A DNA stretch of 64,000 nucleotides, from positions 19,783 to 83,782 of the IMG/VR virus record IMGVR_UViG_2681813556_000004. One strand, given 5' to 3'. Each line of letters begins with the position of its first letter. Positions within the stretch are counted from its first letter, which is position 1. The notes beneath the pieces were generated by a model that worked only from the letters and a program-made list of their open reading frames with translations, had not been told where the DNA came from and made no database searches. The position numbers were made by a program, and so were the translations under genes. This stretch comes from a virus. Lineage: Duplodnaviria; Caudoviricetes. Positions 26,301-33,224 of this stretch are shown in pieces.

Positions 26301-28964
26301 GGCATCGACCTTTTTGCGGTCGAATGTCTCCATGACGGTTTCGCCGGTCTCCCGGTTGCGAATGACCCAGCTTGCGCCCGGCCCGGCCTGCTCATCGGTC
26401 AAGGATTGCTTGACGGTTGCAGGCTTGGGCAAAGGCGCCACCCGGTCCAGTTCCTGCAAGGCACCGCGCATCCGTGCGGCGATGGTGTCGCGGTCCATGC
26501 CATCGGTGTCGATTGTATAGTCCAGATCGCTGCGACCATTGGGGGTCGCCCGGATCACAATCTTGTTCGGGCGGATCAGAACATCGCGCCCCTCAAGCGT
26601 TGTGTCGTCGCTGCTGCGGCCAGAGGCCACGCCCAGAACGCGCCCCCATTCCCGGCGCCGCCGCTCTTTTGCCGCCATGTCGGCTTCCGTGACCGACTTG
26701 CCGCCAAGCATATCGGGCTGGACACGCTGCTCCGGTGGCGTGCGGATCGGCTCGACAGTCGGGCGCGGGCGGGTCGGCGCGGCCTCTGGCTCGGTGCCGG
26801 GATCGGTGATCTCCCCGGTGTCCTGGTCAAACTGCGGGGCCGTCTCCGCGATTTTGCCCAAGGCGTCGTATTTGCGCTTCATCGGCCCAGTCCAGCCGCC
26901 TTCGCGCGCACGATCTTCCATCTGGCGCATCTGCCTGATCGCTTCATCAGGCGTGACAGGCTGCTTTGGCTTCTTTTCCTTGGGCGGCTTGACCTTGCCC
27001 AATGCCTGTTGGGACAGTGCCTCGGTTTCCGGCGCGGCGGGCAGGGTTTCCTGCGTTGGCGACGGCATGGGCGTGGATTGCGCCGGTGCGGGCTTGGCTT
27101 CCGATTCAGCGGCTGGTTGTTGCGCGGTCGGCTGTTCCTGATCCTTCGGCTTGCTCTTGGTGGCCTGTTCCGCGGCCTTGTCCATGTCAGCCGCCTGACG
27201 GCGCGCAGTATCGAATGCCACCGGGTCGAGGTCGATTTCGACGCCATCAACGCGGATCACTACATTACCGTCCGGTGTTTCGCGCTGGAATACCACATCG
27301 CGGACGAGCCCGGCCTCGTCGTCATAGACACGAACGGCCCCGCCGGGCTTCTGGTCAGGGAACATCTGTGGTGCCGGAACCGGCTCCGGTTGGGGCGTCA
27401 GATCAGGTGCGAGGCGCGCCGCAGCCTCGATGGGTCCGGCAGGAGGGATTTCGTCGACCGCCGCGCCCACACCGGAGGGAGAACTCACCGGAGGGGAATC
27501 GGGCGCGGCGGTCTGCCCCCCGGCGCTGCCATCGCCGGGGTATGCGGATTGCGGGCGGAAACCTGCTGGCTGGGATGCTGGTGGGGTTCCATCAGGGGCG
27601 GAAGCGCCATCTGCGAAGACCGTTCCTCCATCAACCGGCGATGGAAGCTCCAACATCGGTGCCGGAAGGGCCAGCATCGGTGTGGGGGCTTCCGGCTCCG
27701 GCTGAGGCTCCTGCTGCGGACGGCGGGCGCCAAGCGCGCCCATGGGTCCACCGGCCAAAGCACCCGCAGCGGCAGCCTCGATCGCGCCTTCGGTCGGGTT
27801 CAAGCTGGTCCCGGCACCTCGGTTGATCCCGATCCGGGCGCCAGTGCTTTCCAGACCTTCTTGCAAGCCTTCCTCGGTCGCGCCAACGGCAACACCTCGG
27901 GCGACGTTCCCGGCAAGACTCTTTCCGGCAAGGCTTTGCGGCAGACCCTTGGCCACAAGCCCGCCGGTAATGGCGCCACCGGCGCCGCCGATCATAGCCT
28001 GAATGTCACCTGCGGCGTCCATGGCGCGGCGCCGGGTCTCTTGATAGGCCGCATTCGGGTCCATGCCCTGCGCGGTCAATTCGCGGAACACATCAGACTG
28101 CCGGGCTAGTTCCGGCGTGCCGTCCTCGCCCTTGGCCTTCCACAGATCGTCAATGACCTGCGCGGCGGTTTCACGGCCTTCTCCGCCCGCCATCGCCCCG
28201 CCGACACTGGCTGCGGCAAGGCTGCTGCCACGAGTAGCAATGGCCGTGGCGACGACAGGGGCAAGGCTTCCAAGCCCCTCTGCGCTGACCTGTGCCAGAC
28301 CGCGCCAGGAGAAGTCCTCCGGCGCCTTCCATGTCGATGGATCAAGCGGGTCACCTGTCGGCAAGGTCTTTTCCGAGGCTGCCCGCGCCTCTGGCGAAAC
28401 CGCCGACAGGATGCCCTCGCCAGCACCCTTCACGGCTTTGCTCGCGGGGTCGGTGAGGCGGGTTGCGACAGCCCCCAAAGGCTCCTGTCGGCCAGTCGCG
28501 GCTTGAATGATCCGCTGCGCAGGATCGGAATTCAGGGCACGGTCGGCCAGGTTTCCGGCGTAGTCGATGGCCCCGCCAACGCCGCGCACTGCGGCACCAA
28601 GCGCCCCGGCGCCAAGGTCTTTGACCAGCGATGGGCCATCTTTGGCGGTCGCGGCCTTTGGCTGTGGATCAAGCTCGTCCGCGATGCGATAGGCCACATC
28701 CAATAGATCGTCGCCGCCCCGCTCACGAAGCACGTCCTCGATCCCGCGCCCGGCTTTCACCTGTGCCGCCATCTCGGCAGCGAGGGCTTCTGCGCGCGCC
28801 TCGCTGCGATCCTTGTCAGTGGACAACACAGCCAGAATGGCGTTGGCAGGGATCCGATGCTTCGCAGCGATCCGGTTCAGCGATACTTTCGGATCTGCAT
28901 CAGCACTCTGGCGCTTGGCGCCCAGTGGTTGCACCAAGTCGCCAGCAAAGATGTTTCCTGCCAT
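14313..28964 (-). CDS. Giant polyvalent DarB-like ejection protein (PPase-like, GNAT, N6-adenine MTase, SF2 helicase, LPD3-like, zincin, PLxRFG)
   Basis: 4883 aa. ENAKGSERKG...YG...GADGDHVD...FDEHKVMLGF (~25770-26075); VREDMQRQGVST (~25060-25320); YEPGMGVG/NPPF (~22670-23450); AHTVGAGKT/DEAH (~19050-20960); HEIVH (17622-17636); PLARFG (~16390). Confidence 0.92.
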   Translation of the reverse strand: MAGNIFAGDLVQPLGAKRQSADADPKVSLNRIAAKHRIPANAILAVLSTDKDRSEARAEALAAEMAAQVKAGRGIEDVLRERGGDDLLDVAYRIADELDPQPKAATAKDGPSLVKDLGAGALGAAVRGVGGAIDYAGNLADRALNSDPAQRIIQAATGRQEPLGAVATRLTDPASKAVKGAGEGILSAVSPEARAASEKTLPTGDPLDPSTWKAPEDFSWRGLAQVSAEGLGSLAPVVATAIATRGSSLAAASVGGAMAGGEGRETAAQVIDDLWKAKGEDGTPELARQSDVFRELTAQGMDPNAAYQETRRRAMDAAGDIQAMIGGAGGAITGGLVAKGLPQSLAGKSLAGNVARGVAVGATEEGLQEGLESTGARIGINRGAGTSLNPTEGAIEAAAAGALAGGPMGALGARRPQQEPQPEPEAPTPMLALPAPMLELPSPVDGGTVFADGASAPDGTPPASQPAGFRPQSAYPGDGSAGGQTAAPDSPPVSSPSGVGAAVDEIPPAGPIEAAARLAPDLTPQPEPVPAPQMFPDQKPGGAVRVYDDEAGLVRDVVFQRETPDGNVVIRVDGVEIDLDPVAFDTARRQAADMDKAAEQATKSKPKDQEQPTAQQPAAESEAKPAPAQSTPMPSPTQETLPAAPETEALSQQALGKVKPPKEKKPKQPVTPDEAIRQMRQMEDRAREGGWTGPMKRKYDALGKIAETAPQFDQDTGEITDPGTEPEAAPTRPRPTVEPIRTPPEQRVQPDMLGGKSVTEADMAAKERRRREWGRVLGVASGRSSDDTTLEGRDVLIRPNKIVIRATPNGRSDLDYTIDTDGMDRDTIAARMRGALQELDRVAPLPKPATVKQSLTDEQAGPGASWVIRNRETGETVMETFDRKKVDALNTAKYEAVPAREHLESLNRKPTTVADSKPAQGDPQTALPPTNEPQKPVPTREQFEAAAAETNPDPTPAQKEAENYKTAKIDWQGMRLSIENAKGSERKGTSPDGTEWKVTMPAEYGRILRTTGADGDHVDFYMGPNTASESVWVVDQIDPDSGTFDEHKVMLGFDTPADAKATYQAGFSDGRGAARIGGIRKMALPEFKAWLDSGETDTPVSGKAKAGGKISPPPASSESISPVIENIREKAAVLRGVPKDQPPAVSGVSLKWDDKEGGFIFSRKHADKVRDAVMPKPAPKEGTPGVLILNSLQTGKTRIVDTGPSQPRRPGAADVKVENEGEHSVAFRLGDAAMIAFPDAASKTLQADVTEVREDMQRQGVSTALHDKAIEYAAERGWRFLSGYELTEDGRAFYDGLKRKGYDVRLVDLPNGERAYEVRRPEAKPLDGEIITPQDDADVRQAGAKVAGIDLQAAPTPTRAPWWDNADKAMRDAILKEAGPKAEREYRQGMAWDGLSDDGKRALTDAFGRLYRAGTLENTGTIEAPSYQIAGQKPAVGLGDLLSGYERTRDAFGEPTTDQARVTDDGYVVKRQVNRTTITDPKGRQIFAGTHNVDEAKIESVIADARKPEQAARRETPVGSKASDAPVPISPQPTGPRRFDWWWTNNRDQRREALKNAGLDTTVSTGLTSGEVADRLTGEQMETLRTAIFGPESAGAQRRKPASGILSALSEDKQKRADELKARLAAKARNQTSSGLDPEYITLGAELVGLYIEAGTKRFGQMLRDFAESTGLTMREAQAPMRAAYNHVRDTMDLDGQDVSDMDDAKAVLDEVRRAMAEAEASQSKVHSEPESRNVGVDAEPENRRDDNRNNASDDRPSPQEGAGDLQAGTGQAGSLRSDDRTAGRPGNRVAERTGERSGPRRDGQRSGDGSGPGNGTGGRGPVNHVIEPGGLELARGEKTRARESIAAIRTLRTIQQEGRPATAEERATLAKYGGAGTLAGTLPRSDGTIRFPDLAAEIETMTTPEERATLSRTSQYAFYTAESALRSMWTLAQQLGFTGGRVYEPGMGVGGFAGTMPGSLNATYTGLELDHITAQIAAALYPRHNIKNGDFIKEKLPQGFYDLVIGNPPFAGTQIKADPDYPQGFFIHDYFFAKSLDAVRPGGVLMFITSAGTMNKMDSKARDYLADRADLVGAIRLPNTAFKENGTEVTTDIIVLRKRVDSEAEANPAWRQSEVIDLPGSDGTTGQAAVNRYFIENPDMILGEQGLYDTLTAGARVGVRPRPNADLRADLKSVLSQFPSNIMSAPPESVKLDALDADHAETKPGSFYLKDGALWLFDGNTGRKVEPRSRENTKGMPKAAMEAVKALIPIKNALRDVYAADVDGKDASAARKALNDSYDAYVKERGPIGLQHRRTQRPSIVEQESARQQAENDARAAGEPFDIGSFDAGPMIEAGASMAEIARARQEARQAPGYREGTFAPEAMDDKIIVTRPNIDPFMDDPESYRLLAIEKYDEKTDTAQKTRVFTENAVRVSSRPQINSPEDALLHLLGETGRVDPGRIAALSNSTSERVISELEGKIFQNPRTREWETRARYLSGNVVVKLEEAEREARANPEYQPNVDALRAVQPAPVAAQDISVPLGAHWFPTSIYPDFAEALGLELQVEFKPRLGIWLVNGTTTGAKATSEFGTEDRPFGELMGLVMANKKVEVRRTRRNQDGSTDSWVDEEATQAATDKANELQTRFRDWFWSDPARTAEMETLYNRTFNAEVAPKYDGEYLTTPGIHSDWSWRPHQTAVIARILQSGDTYMAHTVGAGKTSAMIGAGMEAKRLGLARKPWYTVPNHMLIQFATEFYQQYPLAKVLVADEKRFHTSRRKQFVADAALGDYDAVIITHSAFQLIPASEASKKAAVEGMLQDVRDVLEGLSGGQFGEDAGMERSVLGALHSMAATLGVDVKGITSGETKTRKKIEALLEAAEQRIARQTSDKGKDAVFDFDETGADMLFVDEAHLFRKLSFATSLGSIKGVDPQGSQQSMDLFIKTRSLAQRNPGRSLVLASGTPITNTMAELYSISRYLQPQALDDRNISAFDSWAATFGTTENALEQAPDGGYKLVTRFAKFVNTPELSLMVRQVMDVVSSKDLEQYVTRPALKDGKRNLIVVEASPELKAYQQQLGARMRMIENRKGPVKKGDDILLSVINDGRLAAIDMRLVDPSAGENNSKLERMINNIYRRWKEGADAPLYGVKKEGGYTDEPLMRGPTTQMVFSTLGVNPSKHNPSFSVHRFIKAQLVAMGVPADEIILAENLTSDARKQRAFNDMNEGKKRILIGSKTLFTGVNAQRRITAIHNLDPLWFPADDEQRNGRGIRQGNMNREIEILDYSAKGTYDATMWQMMARKAGFIEGFFRGDPNVRDMEDLGEASQYEQAKAMSTADPRVLELTELRAERDKLQRRAGAAVRERQQMEAKARGLGRAIAMDREELTFWQPQAAKVQDLSGDAFEARMGGKTYTERKEFGADLISAAEDALAGTGFRHQDKVGTVSGFPLHIEVSHAMNAVTYYIALPRDNEVMVGWSEDPVGMARKVEGALSKIEATPRRIEADIARRERERADVMEGLAKLKGFADQDKLNELAEKVDALEGALLAENAPDEAKESRFDDQEPAARLTGDELGPWEDMLDLQRKARAWYRDNLQGRKVTNTSTGWEVSFTRAAAGKIGGKPLDYLLRAVPALEQIVASAEKTGESEDRFGRAHVRKIHYFQAQVSVAGRQEPIHIVIREMDNGRMFYDLNLGGNIGAPAQGQMDARETRVEPELQIGADTLNLQLAPPKINAAAVPVDSLRDIARMAEAEVAAAGLAGKVTPRVVRGLLGASGVPIQGRQRGALIELNPAARDARGVMRHEIVHALRDPDLWGQPYGLFTAEEWRALVRAARVDADLMARVERAYGDKVTSVQIEEAVAEMYREWATARDAAGPLARIFNKVRGFLQAIASGLRGQGFVSPALVMERIAGGTVGGRGPDGPGAGRMDDREMRDALMRSGAKAKGLIGSHHWKEPGAFVSSILTDAMVGKGRDGEYNLLSLVPGRPLFMELGKRLVSARAYLRTKEEMDALRNAWHGRADAVAQEWLDLRRKDPRANDDMMDLMHRATLAGVDPSKPLPSDHVWLQRAREELSRRGDSAEAWARATLEAAARKAEAHMELKRAYDALPEPFKAMYGKVLAEYTAIADDFDKAVMENLQNATRIGLKRAERAFHKEARRIQDEGLTGQEKTDALAEAQAKLDAVKARGGFAARARLTALRKMFEQNRMKGPYVPLARFGDYFVTVRNEQGEVMSFSRFERESQQQAFVREQEALHPGRVQHGLVSNKGALRSQVDPTFVADVEKVLAESGANFEVMDAVWQRWLETLPDSSIRTSKVHRKGRAGYNRDAYRAFGKHMFHGAHQLARLKYGILLEDHMDEAELEARKSDNPNRMGAVVREMQRRHDFTMEPLTSAWAAGLTNLAFIWYLGATPAAAVANLTQTTVVGIPLMATRFRKAGVSGVSAELARALRDFSKGRGANWRETWSAANAEGLAQDERDALNEAYRRGTIDKTQAHDLAAVAETGVEYSAVRERVMRKIGWMFHHAERLNREVTFLAGYRLAKADGLSGLAAIDAAADMTWEVHFDYQSSSRPRAMQGDLARIVTSMKNFVVNMLWRLFRDTHQSLHGASKQERAEARSQLIGITLSMMAHAGIRGTWGYGLLMMLLGAFFPGGGDDAEEWLQDALLMEGDTPGVAAWNYAMGMAMSGVPGRVLGADLTERVGMPNLWFRGDDRDLEGQDLYDAHMRELLGPVAGIPLGFYRGLDYIGDGDWWRGIEAAVPKAVRDLMKAGRFSTEGAITRNGDPLIEDVSPYQAIMQASGFTPAQLAERYRINNRLRNVERRITDERKSLHREAGDALRSGQPIPEGVIDAIRDFNMRYPEYPITSDTLRQSMLGRIRASERNEFGVSLNPKLNDRIRSERAPAIFN
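23495..23728 (-). CDS. Nested out-of-frame 77-aa helical protein (TnpV-like pattern)
   Basis: GGAG RBS; MITAIMQAMIDRAPKKAREISKRGPDKLEAYVRMIVQQADQEI...; G/C-ending codon bias follows this frame, not the giant frame. Confidence 0.65.
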   Translation of the reverse strand: MITAIMQAMIDRAPKKAREISKRGPDKLEAYVRMIVQQADQEIALQNVPENDPARDVMVREVAMALALETALAGEDQ

Positions 28965-28998
28965 AGAACGGCCCCCTTACGGTTCGGTCTATGGCTGT

Positions 28999-29009
28999 CA
29001 CATCCTATG
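28999..29009 (-). promoter_or_regulatory. Late-leader motif CATAGGATGTG upstream of the giant gene
   Basis: One mismatch to CATAGGACGTG; intergenic, ~35 nt before the ATG. Confidence 0.65.
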
Positions 29010-29060
29010 GCAGCCTGTTCCCCTCCTGATACCGTATGATGGCCCCCGCCGACAAGCGCG

Positions 29061-31076
29061 TCAGTTCTTTCGAAGCAAGGGGGGTGGGTCCGATGCTGCG
29101 GATTGCCCGGCGCTCGGGAAGGCGCGGCGGGCTTCTTCGAGTGCAATATCGAAGGTGATCGGGGACTGCTGTCCGGGAAGGACATTCTTGCCTGCCTGCT
29201 CGAAAATCATCTTCGCCACATCGAAGATGCGCTTTTCGCGATCCTTCTCAGCCGCCTTCGCATCATCACGCGCTGCCTTTTTCGCTCCAAGCGCGGCCTC
29301 GTTGGCGGATTTGATCCTGGCTGCCGTCTCGGTGAAGGCATTGAGGGGATCGGCGGCAGACAAGCCAACCATGTATAGCTGGTTCGGATCGTCATAGACA
29401 CGTTCGTAGGTATCGCCCGTAGCCTCGTTGCGGAAGGTGATGACCGCGCCATTCACTGCCCCGGCCTCATCCATGGTAAACCGCGATTGCTCAGGCACGA
29501 TGGTCGTTCCATCGTTGTAGTAGCCCAGCCGATTGTAGGCCGCGATGAAGTGTCTGCCAAAGGTCTCCATGTCCTGCTCGCCTGCGGCGACGACCATATG
29601 GACATAATCCTTCATCGCGCGCTTGGTCTCGGCGGTCTGCATGAACTCCTGAAACTTCACCGCGCGGTCGATGTCGCCGTTCCTGACCATCGCCTCGATC
29701 AGCTTGGGTACGACAGTGGTTGTGTACCGATCCATTGCAGAGGTTGCCGCGCGGTCTCGCTGCTGGGACGACAACGGCTTGCGGTCGGACGCGCCGAGAG
29801 GGGCGCCGCCTGCCTTTTGCGCCTCCTCGACTGCGATTGCGGCGGCTGGCCCTACAGCCTGAGCCGCTTGTGCAACTTCCTTCTGCCTGGCTGCTTCGAC
29901 GGTCGGACCAAGGCGCGCGCCCGGTGTCGCCGTGTCATTGGGTAGGCTGGCCGGTGGCGCGGGTCGTGCACCCAGGGGTGCATCTGGTGCAGGGGGCGAG
30001 GATCCGGCCAACTGATCAATCACACTGCCCGGCCCGAACGGAGCATCCTTGACCAACGGGACTTCTTTTCCGGTCGCGTAGCGCACCAAGGGGTTGATTG
30101 CACGATTTACCGCATTGGCGGCGCCACCCAGCATGGGCTCGATCACCCCCTTGTCCACGGCCTCGTTTACGCCACCGACGACAGCCCCAGCCACACGCGG
30201 CGCTCGAGTGACAAGCTCCGCAGCATCACCCATCATCCCGCCATCTTGCCCGAACTGATGATCATAGTTCGGCTGCATGGCCTTGGCCCAGGCATCAGCG
30301 CCCGGCTTCAAGGCCGCCTTAACACGGGCACCAAGGCTTGGCCTCTGTTCCGGCATCGGCTGAACGCCTGGATCAATCTGGCGATCCGGCGGAATGAAGC
30401 GGGCGCCGACCGGGCCTTGCTGATGGAGCTCATCGGCGATTGCGGCGGAAGGCGCAGGTGCGACCAATGTTCCGTCCTGAAGGCGCGGCAGGCCAGAAAC
30501 GGGGTCATGTCCGGTTTGCGAAGGCGGTACCGGAGGCAGGGTACCGGCGCCAATCTGCCCGCCCATCACATCGGAACCTGCACCTCCGGCAAGCGTGTCG
30601 GCATCCGCACCGCCAGCCTGTGTCTGCTTTTTCGCCCCAAGGCTTTCCAAGGGCACGGCACGAACAAACGCATCAGCCGCGCGCGTCGGTGCGCCAACCA
30701 TAGGGAGATTTGAAGCCACGCCAGCGACCGCAGCCCCGGCCTCCGGGGTGCCGGATTTCGCCGCAGGTGGGCGGGCACCGAGGGACGCGGGCGCCTCTGG
30801 CTCCGCCATGCCTTCCTGCATGATACGGCGATACTCTTCCTCATTGGCGGCCTGTCGCCGCGCTGAGTCCAGCGTCAGCTTGTCGGCATCGAGACGCACA
30901 CGGCGCCCTTGCATGTCCAGGCCGTGGGCCTCGGCAGCACGTCCTTCCCGGCTTTCGAGGATCTGATCCATGCGCTTTTGACGCTCGATCTGGTGCTTCC
31001 GATCCTCGCGGCCATCACGGTACTCACGGCCCTTGAAGAACCCATCGACAAACGCCGAAAATCCATATGTGCTCAT
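29061..31076 (-). CDS. Internal virion (ejection) protein
   Basis: Starts MSTYGFSAFVDGFFKG (ATGA overlap); Ala/Pro/Gly-rich; lies between the lysozyme-like gene and the giant gene. Confidence 0.75.
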   Translation of the reverse strand: MSTYGFSAFVDGFFKGREYRDGREDRKHQIERQKRMDQILESREGRAAEAHGLDMQGRRVRLDADKLTLDSARRQAANEEEYRRIMQEGMAEPEAPASLGARPPAAKSGTPEAGAAVAGVASNLPMVGAPTRAADAFVRAVPLESLGAKKQTQAGGADADTLAGGAGSDVMGGQIGAGTLPPVPPSQTGHDPVSGLPRLQDGTLVAPAPSAAIADELHQQGPVGARFIPPDRQIDPGVQPMPEQRPSLGARVKAALKPGADAWAKAMQPNYDHQFGQDGGMMGDAAELVTRAPRVAGAVVGGVNEAVDKGVIEPMLGGAANAVNRAINPLVRYATGKEVPLVKDAPFGPGSVIDQLAGSSPPAPDAPLGARPAPPASLPNDTATPGARLGPTVEAARQKEVAQAAQAVGPAAAIAVEEAQKAGGAPLGASDRKPLSSQQRDRAATSAMDRYTTTVVPKLIEAMVRNGDIDRAVKFQEFMQTAETKRAMKDYVHMVVAAGEQDMETFGRHFIAAYNRLGYYNDGTTIVPEQSRFTMDEAGAVNGAVITFRNEATGDTYERVYDDPNQLYMVGLSAADPLNAFTETAARIKSANEAALGAKKAARDDAKAAEKDREKRIFDVAKMIFEQAGKNVLPGQQSPITFDIALEEARRAFPSAGQSAASDPPPLLRKN

Positions 31077-31801
31077 TGCGGCTGGCCTCCGATTGCGCCT
31101 AGCGCCCGCGGGCCGAACGATCCGCCGCCGGCCTCGAACTGTGCGATTGCCTGATCCAGGTGCGAATCCGGCACATGTTTGAACCCTTCCCATTCCGCGC
31201 GCATGGCAATGCGTTTCGCAGCCGGGCTCCGGGCTGATGACAAGCGCTTGCGGGCCAGATGCTCTGCGATTGCCGTCTGTGTCTGTGGGCTGAATACGGT
31301 ATCGCCAGACAGACCCATCTCAGTCGCCGCATTGCGCAGGGTGGTGCCGACGATCTGATACCGGCCCATGGGGGTGGCAACACGCCCGACCTTGCCTTTC
31401 ACCCATTGGCCATATTCGCCGTTCGGGTCCGCGAAATCTCCAAGCTGCGCCAGTGTCATCCTCGACACGTCGATTCCATGGAATCGCCCGCCATTCTGCG
31501 AATGCCCAAACAGGGTGGAGAAGCTGCCGCCACCTTCAGTCTGGTCGATCAGGCCAAGCAGTGTTCCATCGCCATTGACTGGCGTGCGCGGCGCGGCGCC
31601 AAGGGTATCGGCGCCAGCACTGCCCATCATGTTGCCCATACCGCCGCCGCCGCTGAGCAGTTCGGTGTCGGGACGTGCGCCAAGGGCGGTGATAAGCCGG
31701 TCTTGGCGTTCGGCGTCGGCCAGCCGTTCGGCCCGATCCTTTCGCTTTATCCGCGCGCTTGCAAATCCTTCGGCAAAGGCACCGAGACCTGCGAGGCTCA
31801 C
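31073..31801 (-). CDS. Ejection protein with lambda-R-like (GH104) lytic transglycosylase domain
   Basis: TEGGGSFSTLFG, ATPMGRYQIVGTTL, FSPQTQTAIA, EWEGF. Confidence 0.8.
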   Translation of the reverse strand: MSLAGLGAFAEGFASARIKRKDRAERLADAERQDRLITALGARPDTELLSGGGGMGNMMGSAGADTLGAAPRTPVNGDGTLLGLIDQTEGGGSFSTLFGHSQNGGRFHGIDVSRMTLAQLGDFADPNGEYGQWVKGKVGRVATPMGRYQIVGTTLRNAATEMGLSGDTVFSPQTQTAIAEHLARKRLSSARSPAAKRIAMRAEWEGFKHVPDSHLDQAIAQFEAGGGSFGPRALGAIGGQPQ

Positions 31802-32757
31802 GCTGCGGCCCTCGCCTCGGACGGGCGGCGCTTGGCCCCAAGAGTCTGGGTCAGCTTCTCCACCTTGGCATCAAGCTGTCGAACCGCGCCCATCGTCACG
31901 CCCATCATCGTGATCGGGTCAATGGCCGTGCCATCGCCCTTGCCAGTGGCAGCGGCGAAGTCTTCGGCATAGGGGCCCACATGGGTTCCACCGTCTCCGG
32001 CACCCTCGTTATAGGTCCATTTCTCCACCGGCATCTTGCGGATCGCCCCGAGCGAGTCGAATGCCTGCTTGTCGTGCTTGATTTCCTTCGACGATGGGAT
32101 GAATGCGCCCGCCAATGTCCCCAGCGCGCCGAGAACACCGCCGATGCCCTGCTGATTGGCCTGCCATGCCTGCATTCGGTTCTGATGGTCCTGATTCAAG
32201 ATATTGGCCTGCTGCCCATACCCACTCATGGCGCCGGAGAACCCGGCCTGTGAGGCGCCGTTCGACAGCCCCATCGAGGTTGCCGGGTTCACGGCGAGCC
32301 CGGACCCCATGTTGATGGCATTGGCGCGCTTTGCTTCCGCCTCCTGCATGACATTGCGGCGCGCGGTATTGGCGGCGCCGGCCGATGCCAGCGCAACCGC
32401 ATTGCCCTGCGTGCGCGAAGCTTCTGCGAACCGGCCAGAATCCGGGGACACACCCATGGCCATCGCGGCTCGGCGCTGCTGGTCCTGCGCTTGCGACGAT
32501 GCAAGCTGGACATCGGCCACCGATTCCCGCGCGGCCTGTTGCTGTCGGGCCGGGCTGTCCCAAGTCTGGGCTTCCGCAATGTACTGATCTTGCAATGGAA
32601 CAAAGACACGCTGCTGGCGCGTCCGGTCCTCATCGGCCCAACGATTGGTGGTCGTGGCCTGTTGCTGCATCCAGGCCAGCATTTCGCGGCCCGTTTCAGC
32701 CGACATCTTGGCCGCGATACCCATATTCGGATCTTGAGCTGGCGCACTTCCACCCAT
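31798..32757 (-). CDS. Ejection/pilot protein with C-terminal intramolecular chaperone (peptidase S74-like) domain
   Basis: Gln/Ala-rich helix, Gly-rich hydrophobic hairpin, then PSSKEIK...MPVEKWTY...HVGPYAEDF...coiled coil. Confidence 0.75.
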   Translation of the reverse strand: MGGSAPAQDPNMGIAAKMSAETGREMLAWMQQQATTTNRWADEDRTRQQRVFVPLQDQYIAEAQTWDSPARQQQAARESVADVQLASSQAQDQQRRAAMAMGVSPDSGRFAEASRTQGNAVALASAGAANTARRNVMQEAEAKRANAINMGSGLAVNPATSMGLSNGASQAGFSGAMSGYGQQANILNQDHQNRMQAWQANQQGIGGVLGALGTLAGAFIPSSKEIKHDKQAFDSLGAIRKMPVEKWTYNEGAGDGGTHVGPYAEDFAAATGKGDGTAIDPITMMGVTMGAVRQLDAKVEKLTQTLGAKRRPSEARAAA

Positions 32758-32765
32758 GGCTTACC

Positions 32766-33224
32766 TCACACCCCGCGCACAGCGGGATCGGTTGCATCAT
32801 CGGCAGTGCGCTGGAGCGCATCCCCTCGTTCCAGCACCATCACGATAGCATCCCTGCCACCCCTCAATCCACCCCGGATGCGGTATTCAAAGCTGGCACC
32901 ACATTTCAGGGCAGCGGCTTGCGCAGCCCGGTTGTCCGCGGCGATATGAGCGAACAGTCGCGGCAGGTTCATCCCTCGCGGATGCGTTGCCATGGCGATC
33001 AGGCTTTCGATGATGCCGCGTGTCAGCCGACGACCGGGCGCGAGGCCGAAATGGAACTCAGCACCGTTCACGTCCATGTTCTGGAACACCGCAACACCGA
33101 GCAGATCGCCGTCAGGCGCGTCATAGATGCCCCATGCGACCACATCCGCGCGCCAGCCAGTCGAGTGGGTGAGGTGGAGGGCGGTCTCAAGAAGCCGGGT
33201 CTGATCCATGCGAGAAAAGTGCAT
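32766..33224 (-). CDS. GNAT-fold acetyltransferase-like virion assembly protein
   Basis: LLGVAVF...AEFHF...IAADNRAAQAAALKCGASFE; sits just before the ejection genes, the position of T7 gp13-like genes. Confidence 0.7.
   Translation of the reverse strand: MHFSRMDQTRLLETALHLTHSTGWRADVVAWGIYDAPDGDLLGVAVFQNMDVNGAEFHFGLAPGRRLTRGIIESLIAMATHPRGMNLPRLFAHIAADNRAAQAAALKCGASFEYRIRGGLRGGRDAIVMVLERGDALQRTADDATDPAVRGV

Noticed and set aside
24435-28109. 1224-aa + strand ORF, and other long + strand ORFs at 16257-17867, 20295-22346, 22365-23639 and 47421-49073
   Set aside because: Antisense shadows of high-GC minus-strand genes; no motifs, no RBS context, and composition typical of reverse-frame translation.
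28730-28740. Additional GGACGTGC match inside the giant gene
   Set aside because: Lacks the CAYA 5' arm and is explained by the coding sequence (EDVL).
14313-28964. Possible intein or frameshift within the giant gene
   Set aside because: No C/S...HN-C/S/T intein ends or LAGLIDADG motifs were noticed, and the frame is uninterrupted.
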